DNA of 39,649 nucleotides, from contig KZ538935.1 of the NCBI GenBank assembly GCA_000934665.2, positions 1 to 39,649 of the forward strand, written 5' to 3'. Both the position numbers and the translations under genes were made by a program. Each line of letters opens with the position of its first letter. The first letter of the stretch is position 1. Of this stretch, positions 13,201 through 25,400 are shown one piece after another. Under the pieces are notes generated by a model. That model saw only the letters and a program-made list of their open reading frames with translations, had not been told where the DNA came from and searched no databases. This DNA comes from Catajapyx aquilonaris. Lineage: Eukaryota.

Positions 13201-16200
13201 ACTTGATTAGATGTTGAAAACTTTGATAGGGTCACACATCACCAGACAAGCAGCAGCACTTTTTCAATAAGTTTTTGCACAACTGCAAAACTTTGTGCTG
13301 CAAGTCTTCCCATATACCAGAGCATACAGGGGTATTGGGTCTTTACTGGTAGCAAGCTGACAGGATTCAGCATTTCATAGTTGGGCAGCATTCAGAAAAA
13401 ACAGTGGATGGCAGCTTACTTAAAAGGCTGATCAAGGTGCCTTCTCATTATAATTCAAATTAAGAGAAACAATTCTTTGTGGTGCACCTTCAATAAATTT
13501 CTTTTCAAATTTGAATAGCAACCAACCTGATTGCAGGGGTGAATATCCGCCAGAGAACCCTGATGAACTTCGTGGGGTGGACTAGGTAGAGGGCTTTGAG
13601 GTTCTTCTTGTACTTGCGATCAAATGCCTTGTATGCCTGCCACAGCCACGATAATGGTGGCTTGTTCTTGCTGTTTAGGCCATAGTGGAAGTAGACTAGA
13701 CTGTAGTCCTGCTCCACAAAGCTGTCAAGCGTCGACATCAGGTACCTGCAATTCAAAGTATTCACTCTATGCTGGCGGAATTATGCCCAGTATGCCATCA
13801 AGAGTGGCTGGAAGATTTTTAACATTGAATGCATATATGCTGTCACTGGTACACAATAATAGGAAATTCCTGTGATGCTTCAAGGACAAAACACATTGAT
13901 GACAGTGAAGCTTGTTTGTTTCATTTAAAAAAATATATAAATAAACCCCGTGATAGGCCTGCATAGGCCCTGTTGGGGGGTGGTACCCCACCATCAATTT
14001 TCTCGTCCTATTTTCAAGTCTCAAGTTGGGGGTCGTGTGCAGTCCCCCAGGGGGCCAAGCTGCAAGACACCTCCCTAGGTGAGGGTCGTTAACCCCCAAC
14101 CAACACCACACCTTCTCAAGGACAGGACAAGGATAGGAAAGGAAGGAAGCAGCTGTGGCCTATTTTACGGTACGATCCCGGAATTTTTCCTGGGGCGACC
14201 TTGGAAAACCACAAAACCAAGGTCAGGACCGCCGGCCTCTGGGACTCGAACCCAGGACCTCCCGATTAGCAGTCGGATACCATATCCACTCCACCACTAC
14301 TGCTTCGGTGTTTCACAAGTATATGCTTCCTTTAAAAGCATTTCATAGGAAATTAACTTGATAAGTTCCTGGCATTTTAGCTCTTGCTATACAAGGAAGG
14401 AGAAAAGTAGTACATTACACCAATGAAACAATCCCAGGTGTCACATCTATCTGTTCAGAATAAGGACTCCTAATGACTGATGTAAATAGACACAGCACAT
14501 ATTTTACATTTATTCGCCCCATACATGAAAAGGTTAAATGCACTGCATCACATCAATCAATAGAGGAACCAAAAACTTCTCATTACACAACATGAGCCAG
14601 GTCAGAGGTGGCATTTTCTAGCAAATTTCTAGAGCAGCAAATCATACGAAAACATGATATTGTGAAACTTGCTTATAGATTCTCTCTCAAGATTTTATGC
14701 ACTGGACAAGCTTTCTTCATCAAAAGTACATCCTCTGACTGGGACCTAACAAACCTCTGTAATTGACAAGTTTCTATATCCAGATTTGTTACACACAGGT
14801 CTTATTGCTTCTACAACCACCTGCAAATCATTCTGCTGGTTTGTCATACTTTAAAAAAATAATATCTTGCCATGCTTTTTTTTAAATGTCTTGTTTGTCA
14901 TGTTTGTCCATAGCAACTGCTTGCAGTAGGCCTCATGTTTATAAATAGGCCCTCTTAGGTGGGTGGAATACCACCATATTTCCATCAATTTTCTGTATTT
15001 ATCTTCAGTCACCATGCGAGGATTAAAAGGACATGAGGTAGGGAAAGGGTTTTTTGGAGAGGAGACACAGGTGCAATGTCGGAAAAGAGTCATGTGCAGT
15101 CTCCCTGGAGATTAGGTTGCCAGACGCCTCCAAGGCGTGGGTCAGAGACCTTCCTGACGCAGGCGAAAGGGAACTTCCGGGCGGGGTTCAAACCCGGGAC
15201 CTTTCGCACAGCAAGCCGAGACGTTACTGTCACGCCTCTCCCGCCAGATTTCATTTTCATCTGATATTTCAAGAGCTAGAAGTCCATTTGTATTAAGGTG
15301 AGCACAACATATGGCTGGAACATGAAGAGAATATAAAATGGTATGCTCAAAATGCAACATATAAAGGAGTACTGTCAGCAAAATGATGGAGGCGAAGTGG
15401 CACTGCGGTAATGCACGCGCCCAAGGATGTTAAGGTCCCGTGTTCGATCCCAGCCCGGGGACACCCCCTTCATCTCGTGCAGAGTTTGGGCCATCTCTGG
15501 CTTCGTCTCGGGTGGGACTCCTTAGACTAACCACCCGGGGGAGATCACACAACCTCACCCACGACATTGCACTGCACTTTGCACATCCCCTCCAGTCACC
15601 CTGCCCACAGGCCCAGACGCTTCGCTAAAGGTACCAAAAAGTGTACAGTGTACTACGAGGGCGAATCAGAAAGTAATAATTGAAAACTTTCTTAATTCAG
15701 AAGTTTCACTAGAGAAACTGAAACTGAGATATACGTATGAAAGGGCAAGTCTTTCTCTAATTTTAGACATAGTCGCCATACAATTTGGTGCATTTGTCCC
15801 AGAAGGACACTAGCTTTTCCATACCCCTTATTCGGAATTTATTGGACCGACCATGCCCATATAAGGCCCAACAGCCACTGGCTTCCCACCCAGTCTGAGG
15901 CTTTTTTTCTGCAGGGGTATGGAAAAGGTAGTGTCCTGCTGGGACAAATGCACCAAATTGTATGGTGACTATGTCTAAAATTAGAGAAAGACTTGCCCTT
16001 TCATATGTATATTTTATTTATTTATTTATATTTATTTACTTATACCCCATTGGGAGAATCAGCGCTTCATTAGGGGGGTGGAATACCACCATTGGATGGG
16101 GCCAAGGATAGGGAAGGAAGCGGCTGTGGCCTATTATACGGAAACAACCCCGGAATTATCCTGGGGGGGACCGTGGAAAACCACAGAAAACCACGATTAG

Positions 16201-16421
16201 GGTTGCCGGCCCCGGGATTCGAACCCAGGACCTCCCGATTAGCAGTCTAGCTCCTTAACCCCTACACCAACCTGCTTCGGTCTTTCATATGTATATCTCA
16301 GTTTCAGTTTCTCTAGTGAAACTTCTGCATTAAAAAGGTTTTCAATTACTTTCTGATTCACCATCGTATAAGGACATAATAAAGGTCCATGCTGCATACC
16401 GTAAGGTCAAGCACTATCCGG

Positions 16422-16484
<63 letters not shown>

Positions 16485-19400
16485 CTGTCAGCAAAACCAA
16501 GTATCTCAGTACAGCTGCATGCAATTTTCAGTAATGCTACTACATTTTGAATCATAATAGCCAATATCTGGTTGTAAAAGCAATTCCATATGGCTGAACC
16601 TTCAACATTCAGTGGCACACACAAGGTGGCAAAATACAGGTGCATAAGCAATAGCATGATTCCTCATATGAATCTCACAGTCAGAGGAAAATGTACTGTC
16701 AAGTATTTTCTGATTTGATGCACTATAGCGGATAGTGAGGTCAATGCAAATGGCTACAGGTTGATGAAAGTCACATTATCAAAATGAAAAGAATGGAGCT
16801 GACAGGAAAGGGTGCCTGAGCACAAAACAAGTCTCTATGATAGAGGCACAAAATTGTGTACAAGCAATGATACTGACGTACAATGATTACAACTGTTCAG
16901 TGTTGCAAGACTAAATTGCAACTACAGTATAATGCACTTTCGTGGATGTAAATCCAATTTTGCTTGCTTGTTCTTCCCAGTTTGTGCCCTACTCTGTGTT
17001 ATGGCACCTTTTCTCATTGACTCTGCATTTACCACCACTATCATGGGGCAGGTGGATCTGACATTCCCAGAGTCAATATATTTTCATTGATCATGCTGCT
17101 GACGACAGAAACTGAATTAGTGTAACGTATGTTTATTGCAAATTTTAATAAAAAATTCAAACATGCTAATTATATGAAAATTATCCTACCCTCCACATTA
17201 TGACACTTCTTGGGGTTTCAAACCGAGACGGACAAACATAAATTTCAATAACATCTCGAACTGTAGACCTACGAGGTAGGCGCCAAAAGTTTCCGTCCTG
17301 GCTATGTTCCAGGGGTGATAGAAATGAAACAACTATAGTGTCAAGTAGTCCCAACCATGAGTTGAGGAATGTACAAGTTTCACCCGGCAACGTCAGTCAG
17401 TCTCTTAGAAAAGTCAACTTTAGTTAGACGAGTTGCAACATGATGAAAATCGAGTATCGAGAGTGATCAAGTTCCTCACCAAGGAAGGCCTTACTACGAT
17501 GTCTATTAAACAGGCCTTGGGTGGTGTGTATGGTGAAGCTTCCTCTTCATATTCCACCATGAAGGAATGGGCTAAGCAGTTTCGTTTGGCCTGAGAGAAC
17601 ATCGAAGGCGGGCTATGCGACTTTCGGCCCGTGGAGGTGATGACTGCAGAGACCGTCTCTCTTGTGGAGGAGTAGGTGCTGCAAGCAGGCCCTTGGAGGT
17701 GGAGGAACTCTTGGGAAGGTTGTGGCTTTCAGACACCACCATTCCTCTCATTATTCATGAACACCTTCACATGAAAAAGGTCAGCACAAGATGGGTGCCC
17801 CAACTTCTGTCCTAAATTCAAAAGCAAAAATGCGTAACATGTTGCGAAACGTTTTCGGACCTTCGCCGTGGCAAACAGAAAGAAGTACTGGAGTTCATCG
17901 CCACAGGAGATGAAACTATGGTCCCGTGCTATGATCCTCTATCAAAATGAGAATTAATGGAATAGCTTAGGGCAGGCGGAAAGCGGCCGAGTGACCCGGT
18001 CAACCAAGAAGACCATGGTGACGGTTCTTTAGAATTCCAAAGGAATCTTACTAATAGACTTCAAGGATTAAACCTCGATTGTCTACGGGGAGTCTTACTC
18101 TGGCCTGCTGCACAGGTTTCGTGATGCCATGAAGAAGAACAGATGCGGGAAGTTGAGTTGGGGTGTTCTGCAACATCTGGATAATGAACCAGGTTACAGG
18201 ACAATGTTTCCAAGACTGCTGTGAGGAACTGTGGCTTCGTGGAGCTTGATCACCCACCCTACTGGCCCCTAGTGACTATTACCTGTTATCCAAACTCAAA
18301 AAAGAACTTCAAGGTACAGTTTAAAAGTGATGAAGAGGTGTAAGAGGCAGTATACGAGCATTTTGTAGAGAAAACTTTGGACTATTCTTCCAGAGGTATT
18401 GAAATGATAATTATGAGATATGAGACGTGCATTGATGTAGAAGGAGACTATATTGAAAAATGACACTGTCGTTTTATTTCCATCACCCCTGGAACATAGC
18501 CATGACGGAAACTTCTGGCGCCTACCTCGTATACAGGTAGTCCATGGTTTACTGACTTACGCTCATCTGTACTTACGAACGGGCTCCCAAGGCTCCATGG
18601 AAGGAAAATTTCTAATTATTTTCCCACTTTTAATCACTTCTGCATACATTGACCGACACCAAGTTCAACATAAATGCAGTATAATAAATAAATAATTGGG
18701 AAACTATGTTCTTCGCACATGTAAACAGACACACATGACCTTTGTGGTTCGTTGGAACAGAATCTTTATGCTGTATTATGCACTGTTCCTCCGGGATCCG
18801 AGTTACATACAAATACGACTTGTGGACATTTTCGGGAATGTAACCCCGTTCGTAGACCGGGGACTACCTGTAATATTCACAGTGCATTATTGGAGATTTT
18901 CCTTTAATTTGCATCAATGTAACGGGCCTAAGAACCATAAAGAAATCCTACATAGTTCTCATGTAACTCCAACAAAAATGATACAGAAATGGATGACAGC
19001 ACACATTTCTTGCTCAAGTGACGTGGTGTATATGTTACTGGCAATGTGTGAAATGCTGGCAATGTGTGAAATGCTGGCATTATATAAAATGTCTGACATT
19101 TTTTAAGCAAAGGATGAAATGTCTGTCTTATTTCATACTTTGCCTAGGCGTTTTATATAATGCCTAGGTAATATGTAGAATTCCGAAAGGCAAACCGGCA
19201 AAGTATAGAATACTCCCGGCCACGCTCCATGGGGAAAGTTTGCACTACAAGTGGTGTGGTCCGATCAACCCTAGGGCACGCTGTACCAACATAACCCATA
19301 ACCTAACCTTCCTTCCTTGCGGATACAGACCTATCGTCAGCGGATACACGCCTATCCTTCAGCAGACAAAAGCCTAGGAAAGTACGAGGTAATAGTGTGG

Positions 19401-22400
19401 GATCTCCTGACATGAAAGAGTAGCCCAAACTTTGTCCCTGGAGCATGGCTGGGAGTATTCTATAAGTTACCGGTTTGCCCTTAGGCATTACCGTATTTAC
19501 GCGCATATAAGACGCACCCCAGTTTTGAGGCGAAAAATCGTGGAAAATCTGTTGTCGACTTAAGACGCACCCAGATTTATTGCCGTAGTTTGGGAACTGG
19601 CCTCGAGCTGCCGGCAGCAACCTCGTGTGCAATGCATGTGCGTGTGGAATACATTAGAATCCAGTAAGGGGGGGNGGGGCAAGTGGAAAATGGGACAATG
19701 CTACACATCTGAAAGGTATAGGTGGCAAGGTCACACCGGAATTGTGCACGTGTGTGGACAATTTCTCACAGGTTTCACCCGTTGTGCCCTGCCGTATAAG
19801 ACGCACACGCGTATAAGACGCACCCTACTTTTTGAGCTACAAAAATCGGAAAAAAGGTGCGTCTTATATGTGCGTAAATACGGCATATGAAAAGCCTAGG
19901 CAATGTCTGAAATAAGAAGCATTTCATACTTTGCCAGCACAATTTAGGCATTTTATACAGGGTGAAGGGAAACTTGTGGGCATTCGCCAGGTAGACTGAT
20001 AGTACTCGTAAAACTAATATAGGGATGTGCAATTAGTTTTGGGCTCCGTTGCATAGTTAATGCGTATGGCGCTGTCAGAGTTTCGTGACGCCACATCCAT
20101 TCCGCCAGCTTCAAAGAAGCAAAAGTCAGCTCGAGGGCCTCCGGTCCCTTGCGTTGGTCCCCTAACACATCGTCCATGTGCAATAGGTGATCACATCCCG
20201 TAAGAGTAAGAATCCGGATACAACACCTGTGCACTTAGTCGTTTTTACCTCGTATTTTACCATCCGGCCCTCTACACTTTAAAGGTGCCGTGCGCATTAA
20301 CTACGCAATGGAGCCAAAAACTAATTGCACATCCCTATATTAGTTTTGCGAGTACTATAAGTTTACCTGGTGATTGTCCTCGAGTTTCCCTTCACCCTGT
20401 ATAATGCCAGATTTCACACACTGCCAGTAGCCAACCAACCAACACGGTGCTTTAAGCCCACTTCCATTGGTTTAAACTTGAGGACCCAAGATTACCACAA
20501 GAAAGATGTAATAGGTGGTACCTGAGGAACCCTGCATGGTTGAGGTCCTTGTTGCTAGGCAACTTGCAGGCAGAGACCACAATGACCTTCCTGCCATAGG
20601 TGTCATCTCCTACCACCTCCACGATGTCTCTGTAGTCCGAGTCGTCCCTGAAGGGATAACTCAGAGCCTCCTGACCAGTCACAATGGGTGCCTCCCCCAA
20701 TTCTTCCTCAAAGTTTTCTTCAATTGTGCCGTCTGACACGGGAGATTCCAAGTAGTGAAGGGTCTCCTCTTTATCATCCAGATCTATAAATCAGATATAA
20801 TATTAAAACAGATTCATGAAATTCATCAAATTTCACATGCTTTGGTGTCACCATGGAACAATTATTTATTAGTGACTTATCATGCTTATTTTGGTCAAAC
20901 TGATAATAATTCTAAGCAAATCAGGAAGTGACACTTCAAAAAAATTATTACATGCATAATATTTTGTATTAATGTAAGTATTTCAAATTACCGACATTCA
21001 GCCCATTCTTTGGTCTCTCCGGAATTCAAGATGCACAAAACACGAATAAGTTATGCCAAGCTAAGCAGCTTAATTTAAATAAGCCAATAAACATAATAAT
21101 GTATTAACAGTACATCATGCTTGAGTACATGTGCATTCCACAAGTTAAGACCTAATCTTTTGGTATCACAACACTCTTGAATACTTTCATGCCATGTGCA
21201 ATTGTGCATTACTCTTACATTTACTATACATTTGACTTTCCATTCAATAAATTCAAAACAAAAGAAAGCTTTTAATCAAAATGAAGTACTGATGCATCAT
21301 AAATTGTGTAAACTGAAACCAACATGCAAGTTCTTCCTGTAAACCAAACAATTATAAATGAACATTATTTAGTACAACACAAAAAAACAACTGTTCAAAG
21401 CCTGTTTGCAGCAGCAGAAAATAATAAAATTAAATACTGACATATGAAATCAGGATGCAGACCTAAAAAGCAAAATGTGGATGTCAATTCAAAGACAACA
21501 TGCAATATTAGGATGGTGCAGAGGAGAGAAAAAATGATAAAAGCAATTAAATTGCCACCTGCCATGCAAAAATTCAGGGAAACACCTGAATGCATGCAAA
21601 AATAAACAAATGAATCAACCCCTTACCGCCTAGGCTTGTGGCATGTTGGAGTTCGGTGTCATCAAACTCCAGGTTTGGTTCATAATCATGGTAGTCAGAC
21701 AGACTAGGGTACGGCTCCTCATGATCGCCATATGGGGCTATTGTTGCATGGTGGGAAGGCAACAGGGGGATCAACAAAGAGGGAAACACACACATATGAA
21801 AGCAAGAGCTCACTATAACCTCCTTTATCCATTAAATTTTTTTTGCATATGGCTAACTTTTGCAATTTACAGAGCATGTCTTCATTTGCATTTCAACAAG
21901 CAACAGCTTATCAAGGGACCAAGGAGATTATGAAGCAGAAAATTCCCACAATCAACAAGGCTCTAAGAACTAATATTTGGTGCCTACACTCAAAGCACTT
22001 TTTAAAAGAATGTGCTGAGTGTCAACTGAAGCATTAATTTTACTTCCTTATGATACATTCAAGGCAGATGTAATGATACAAATTAAGGCTTTCACTGATG
22101 CGTATATCATCCATGTTTGCTTGAATTTCGATTAGAGTCAAGTGCAAGCCAATGTTAACATGAAGTAGTAGTATCACTCAACATTGCTAGATTACAACAA
22201 AGGGATCATTACTCCCCCTTAGCAATGGCTTAGGAATGATCATATCACACCATTACACCAATGCCAAACTTTCCATGCCTTGCAAGTGTCATGTTATTTG
22301 GTATGGTCTAACTAATAAGATGTTAGCATATATTAAAGCTCCATTACAACAGTTATAACTCCCACAGGGTGTCCCACTATTTACTTTACATGGGATATCT

Positions 22401-25400
22401 TTAATAACTTTAACACGAATGAAGATGTTGCAACAAAATTGGAATTGAAGTAACCTTATTATGTGAGAAAGGAAATGGAAACACTACATGTGATGGAAAT
22501 GGCCACCATTTGCGTCCAGGCAGGCCTGACCACAACACTCCATATTTTGGAAGGTCTGGCCAGCATGACCTGGGACACTGCCTAAATTTCTTGGATGATG
22601 TTTCTTTCACAGCATCAATGGCTGGTTTCGGTACACATTCCACACATCACATGTCGGCATAGCCAAAATTAAGTCCTTTTTCGGTGACGAACATTTTGAG
22701 GAAAGACTGGCCACTTCCTTACACCACCTGATTATTTCTTATGGGGCTATCTGAAAGGGTAAGTGTACCGAAACAATCCACAATCCATCGACACCTTGAA
22801 AGAAAACATCATCCAAGAAATTCAGGCAGTGCCTCAGGACATACTGGCCCAGGACCTTCCAAAATATGGAGCTTTGTGTTCAGGCCTGCTTGGACGCAAA
22901 TGGTGACTATATCCAGCGTATGTTGTGATGCCATTTCCTTTCTTACATTATAAGGTTAGTTGAGTTCAAATTTTTTTGCGATATCTTCATTTGTGTTACA
23001 TTTATTAAAGAAATGCCTGGTAAAGTACGTAGTGGGACACCCTGTATTTCACAAAAGGGACTTTTCACTGGTAAGAATGGTGTTATGTATCAAAAAGTTA
23101 AAGGAAGTCGTACTTCCTTTACTGCTGCATTATCAGTTTGTGTGATAACCTCAGACGCCAAAAGCATTTGCGCTTTTAAGGTTGTTCGACATTTGTGAAA
23201 GCAAATTACATTCTACCTCATAAAAAAGCAACAATGGATAGGTGGGTGGTTCCATTTCAAATCAGGCGGAGGCTGTCAGGGCTTGGTCTCCGATTATTAC
23301 GGAAAAATTACACGATGTACCACTGTCGAAACGATGACGAATGACACTGGCTATTTTTCAGTGACATTTTTCGTTCGCCCTGAAAAAAATCAGAACCGCA
23401 GGGGTACCAAATCTGCTATTTCTCGAAGTTCATTTTTTCTCAACTTTGGACGCGTGTACCAATTTTCCTATACGTTACAGGAAACCCAAATTTGTAATGG
23501 AGCAACTGCCTACCTAGGTATGAATTTTCGATATAAGATAATTGCGAATGTATAATTAGCAACCGCGGAAAAAATTGGCAAAAATGCTGTTTTACGACAT
23601 TTTAGCAGTTTTCGCGAATTTTTTTCTTTGCAAAAAAAATATTTGTGGCCAAATGAAACATGTAGACTTTGAGTACAACTCATACCCTCTCTACTTATCA
23701 GCTTTGTTAAGCTTTGAAGTCAAAGGTTAACAGTGGAGCCATTGTTGAACATTGTTAACTTCGCAAAACATGGTTTGGAAGAAAATAATTTTCTCAAAAA
23801 CACCACCGAATAATTGAAAGCCTATTTATTTCTGGGCAGAGGAACATCTGAGCCACACACCAGTGCAAAAATTTCTCTCCCCCCGAGGCTTATGATCCCG
23901 ATTTGAATTTTATTACTTACTCGTTTCCGGCGCTCTCCATGGAGCCCACCGACCCAGTCCCACGACTCATAGCATCATGTACGGTACATTTGATTAGAAC
24001 CTCTCGTATGTGTAGGCTACATGTGATTGTATGATACCTTGAAACTTATATCTGATACTGGTTAATGCTATGTGAGGTCCGGTGAGGTCAAATCAGGCAT
24101 AGAGGTATTGCAAAGTCTTACTCACATTTTTCCAGAAGTCACACCAAATGTATCGTCACTGACAAGTGACAACAGCGACTCTCATCACGTTGTCACCCAA
24201 GTATGTCATGCAGGTGAACACTGTGATCTGAGTCTTCGCCCAGTGGTAGCTCTGAATTTCGTCGGGAAGTATTACAGTCCAATTTTCAGCAAAATCGAAA
24301 TGTAACACTAGGTGCGAGTCACTATCTTGGCACTGCCTATTCAACTTCTGCACAGCCTCTCGCTGAATCGTTCGTACATGTTCGTGAGTTATTCCTTTCG
24401 TAGTCCAGTGGACAAGTTCATTGTCTACAAAAGAAGCAACTGATGATGTTCTCTTGATTACGTCATTATGCTCCCACACTGCAAATGATACTTCTTCGTC
24501 GTCATAGTCTGTCAGGAACAAGCTTTCTGTAGATAGTCCTTCAGTTCCTGGACACTCAACACATTCCAGGTTCCAACATTCCTCCGTCGGTCATGGACAG
24601 ATGCAGAGATGGAACAGGTCAGAGTTGGTCACTGTGAAACGTGGCCAGGTTACAGTGCAAAGAACAGCGCAACATTTGGTGTGACTTCTGGAAAAATGTG
24701 AGTAAGACTTTGCAATACCTCTAGGCCTGATTTGACCTCACCGGACCTCACATAGCATTAACTAGTATCAGATATAAGTTTCAAGGTATCATACAATCAC
24801 ATGTAGCCTACACACATGAGAGAAGTTCTAATCAAATGTACCGTACATGATGCTATGAGTCGTGGGACTGGGTCGGTGGGCTCCATGGAGAGCGCCGGAA
24901 ACGAGTAAGTAATAAAATTCAAATCGGGATCATAAGCCTCGGGGGGAGAGAAATTTTTGCACTGGTGTGTGGCTCAGATGTTCCTCTGCCCAGAAATAAA
25001 TAGGCGTTCAATTATTCGGTGGTGTTTTTGAGAAAATTATTTTCTTCCAAACCATGTTTTGCGAAGTTAACAATGTTCAACAATGGCTCCACTGTTAACC
25101 TTTGACTTCAAAGCTTAACAAAGCTGATAAGTAGAGAGGGTATGAGTTGTACTCAAAGTCTACATGTTTCATTTGGCCACAAATATTTTTTTTGCAAAGA
25201 AAAAAATTCGCGAAAACTGCTAAAATGTCGTAAAACAGCATTTTTGCCAATTTTTTCCGCGGTTGCTAATTATACATTCGCAATTATCTTATATCGAAAA
25301 TTCATACCTAGGTAGGCAGTTGCTCCATTACAAATTTGGGTTTCCTGTAACGCATAGGAAAATTGGTACACGCGTCCAAAGTTGAGAAAAAATGAACTTC

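Larger units (their letters stand above)
19033..20432. mobile_element. MULE-like foldback element hosting two nested MITEs
   Basis: Inverted arms (actggcaatgtgtgaaatgctggcattata / taatgccagatttcacacactgccagt; ggcaaaccgg..tatagaatactccc / gggagtattctata..ccggtttgcc) and a central aacctaacc. No TSD found. Confidence 0.65.

Noticed and set aside
14985..15015. Hammerhead-like CTGAAGA...GAAA on the minus strand
   Set aside because: There is no stem II or flanking helix, and the motif is not conserved in the paralogous SINE.
16358..16657. Poly-Ile ORF (also the poly-Asn ORF at 33371-33646)
   Set aside because: Translations of microsatellites.
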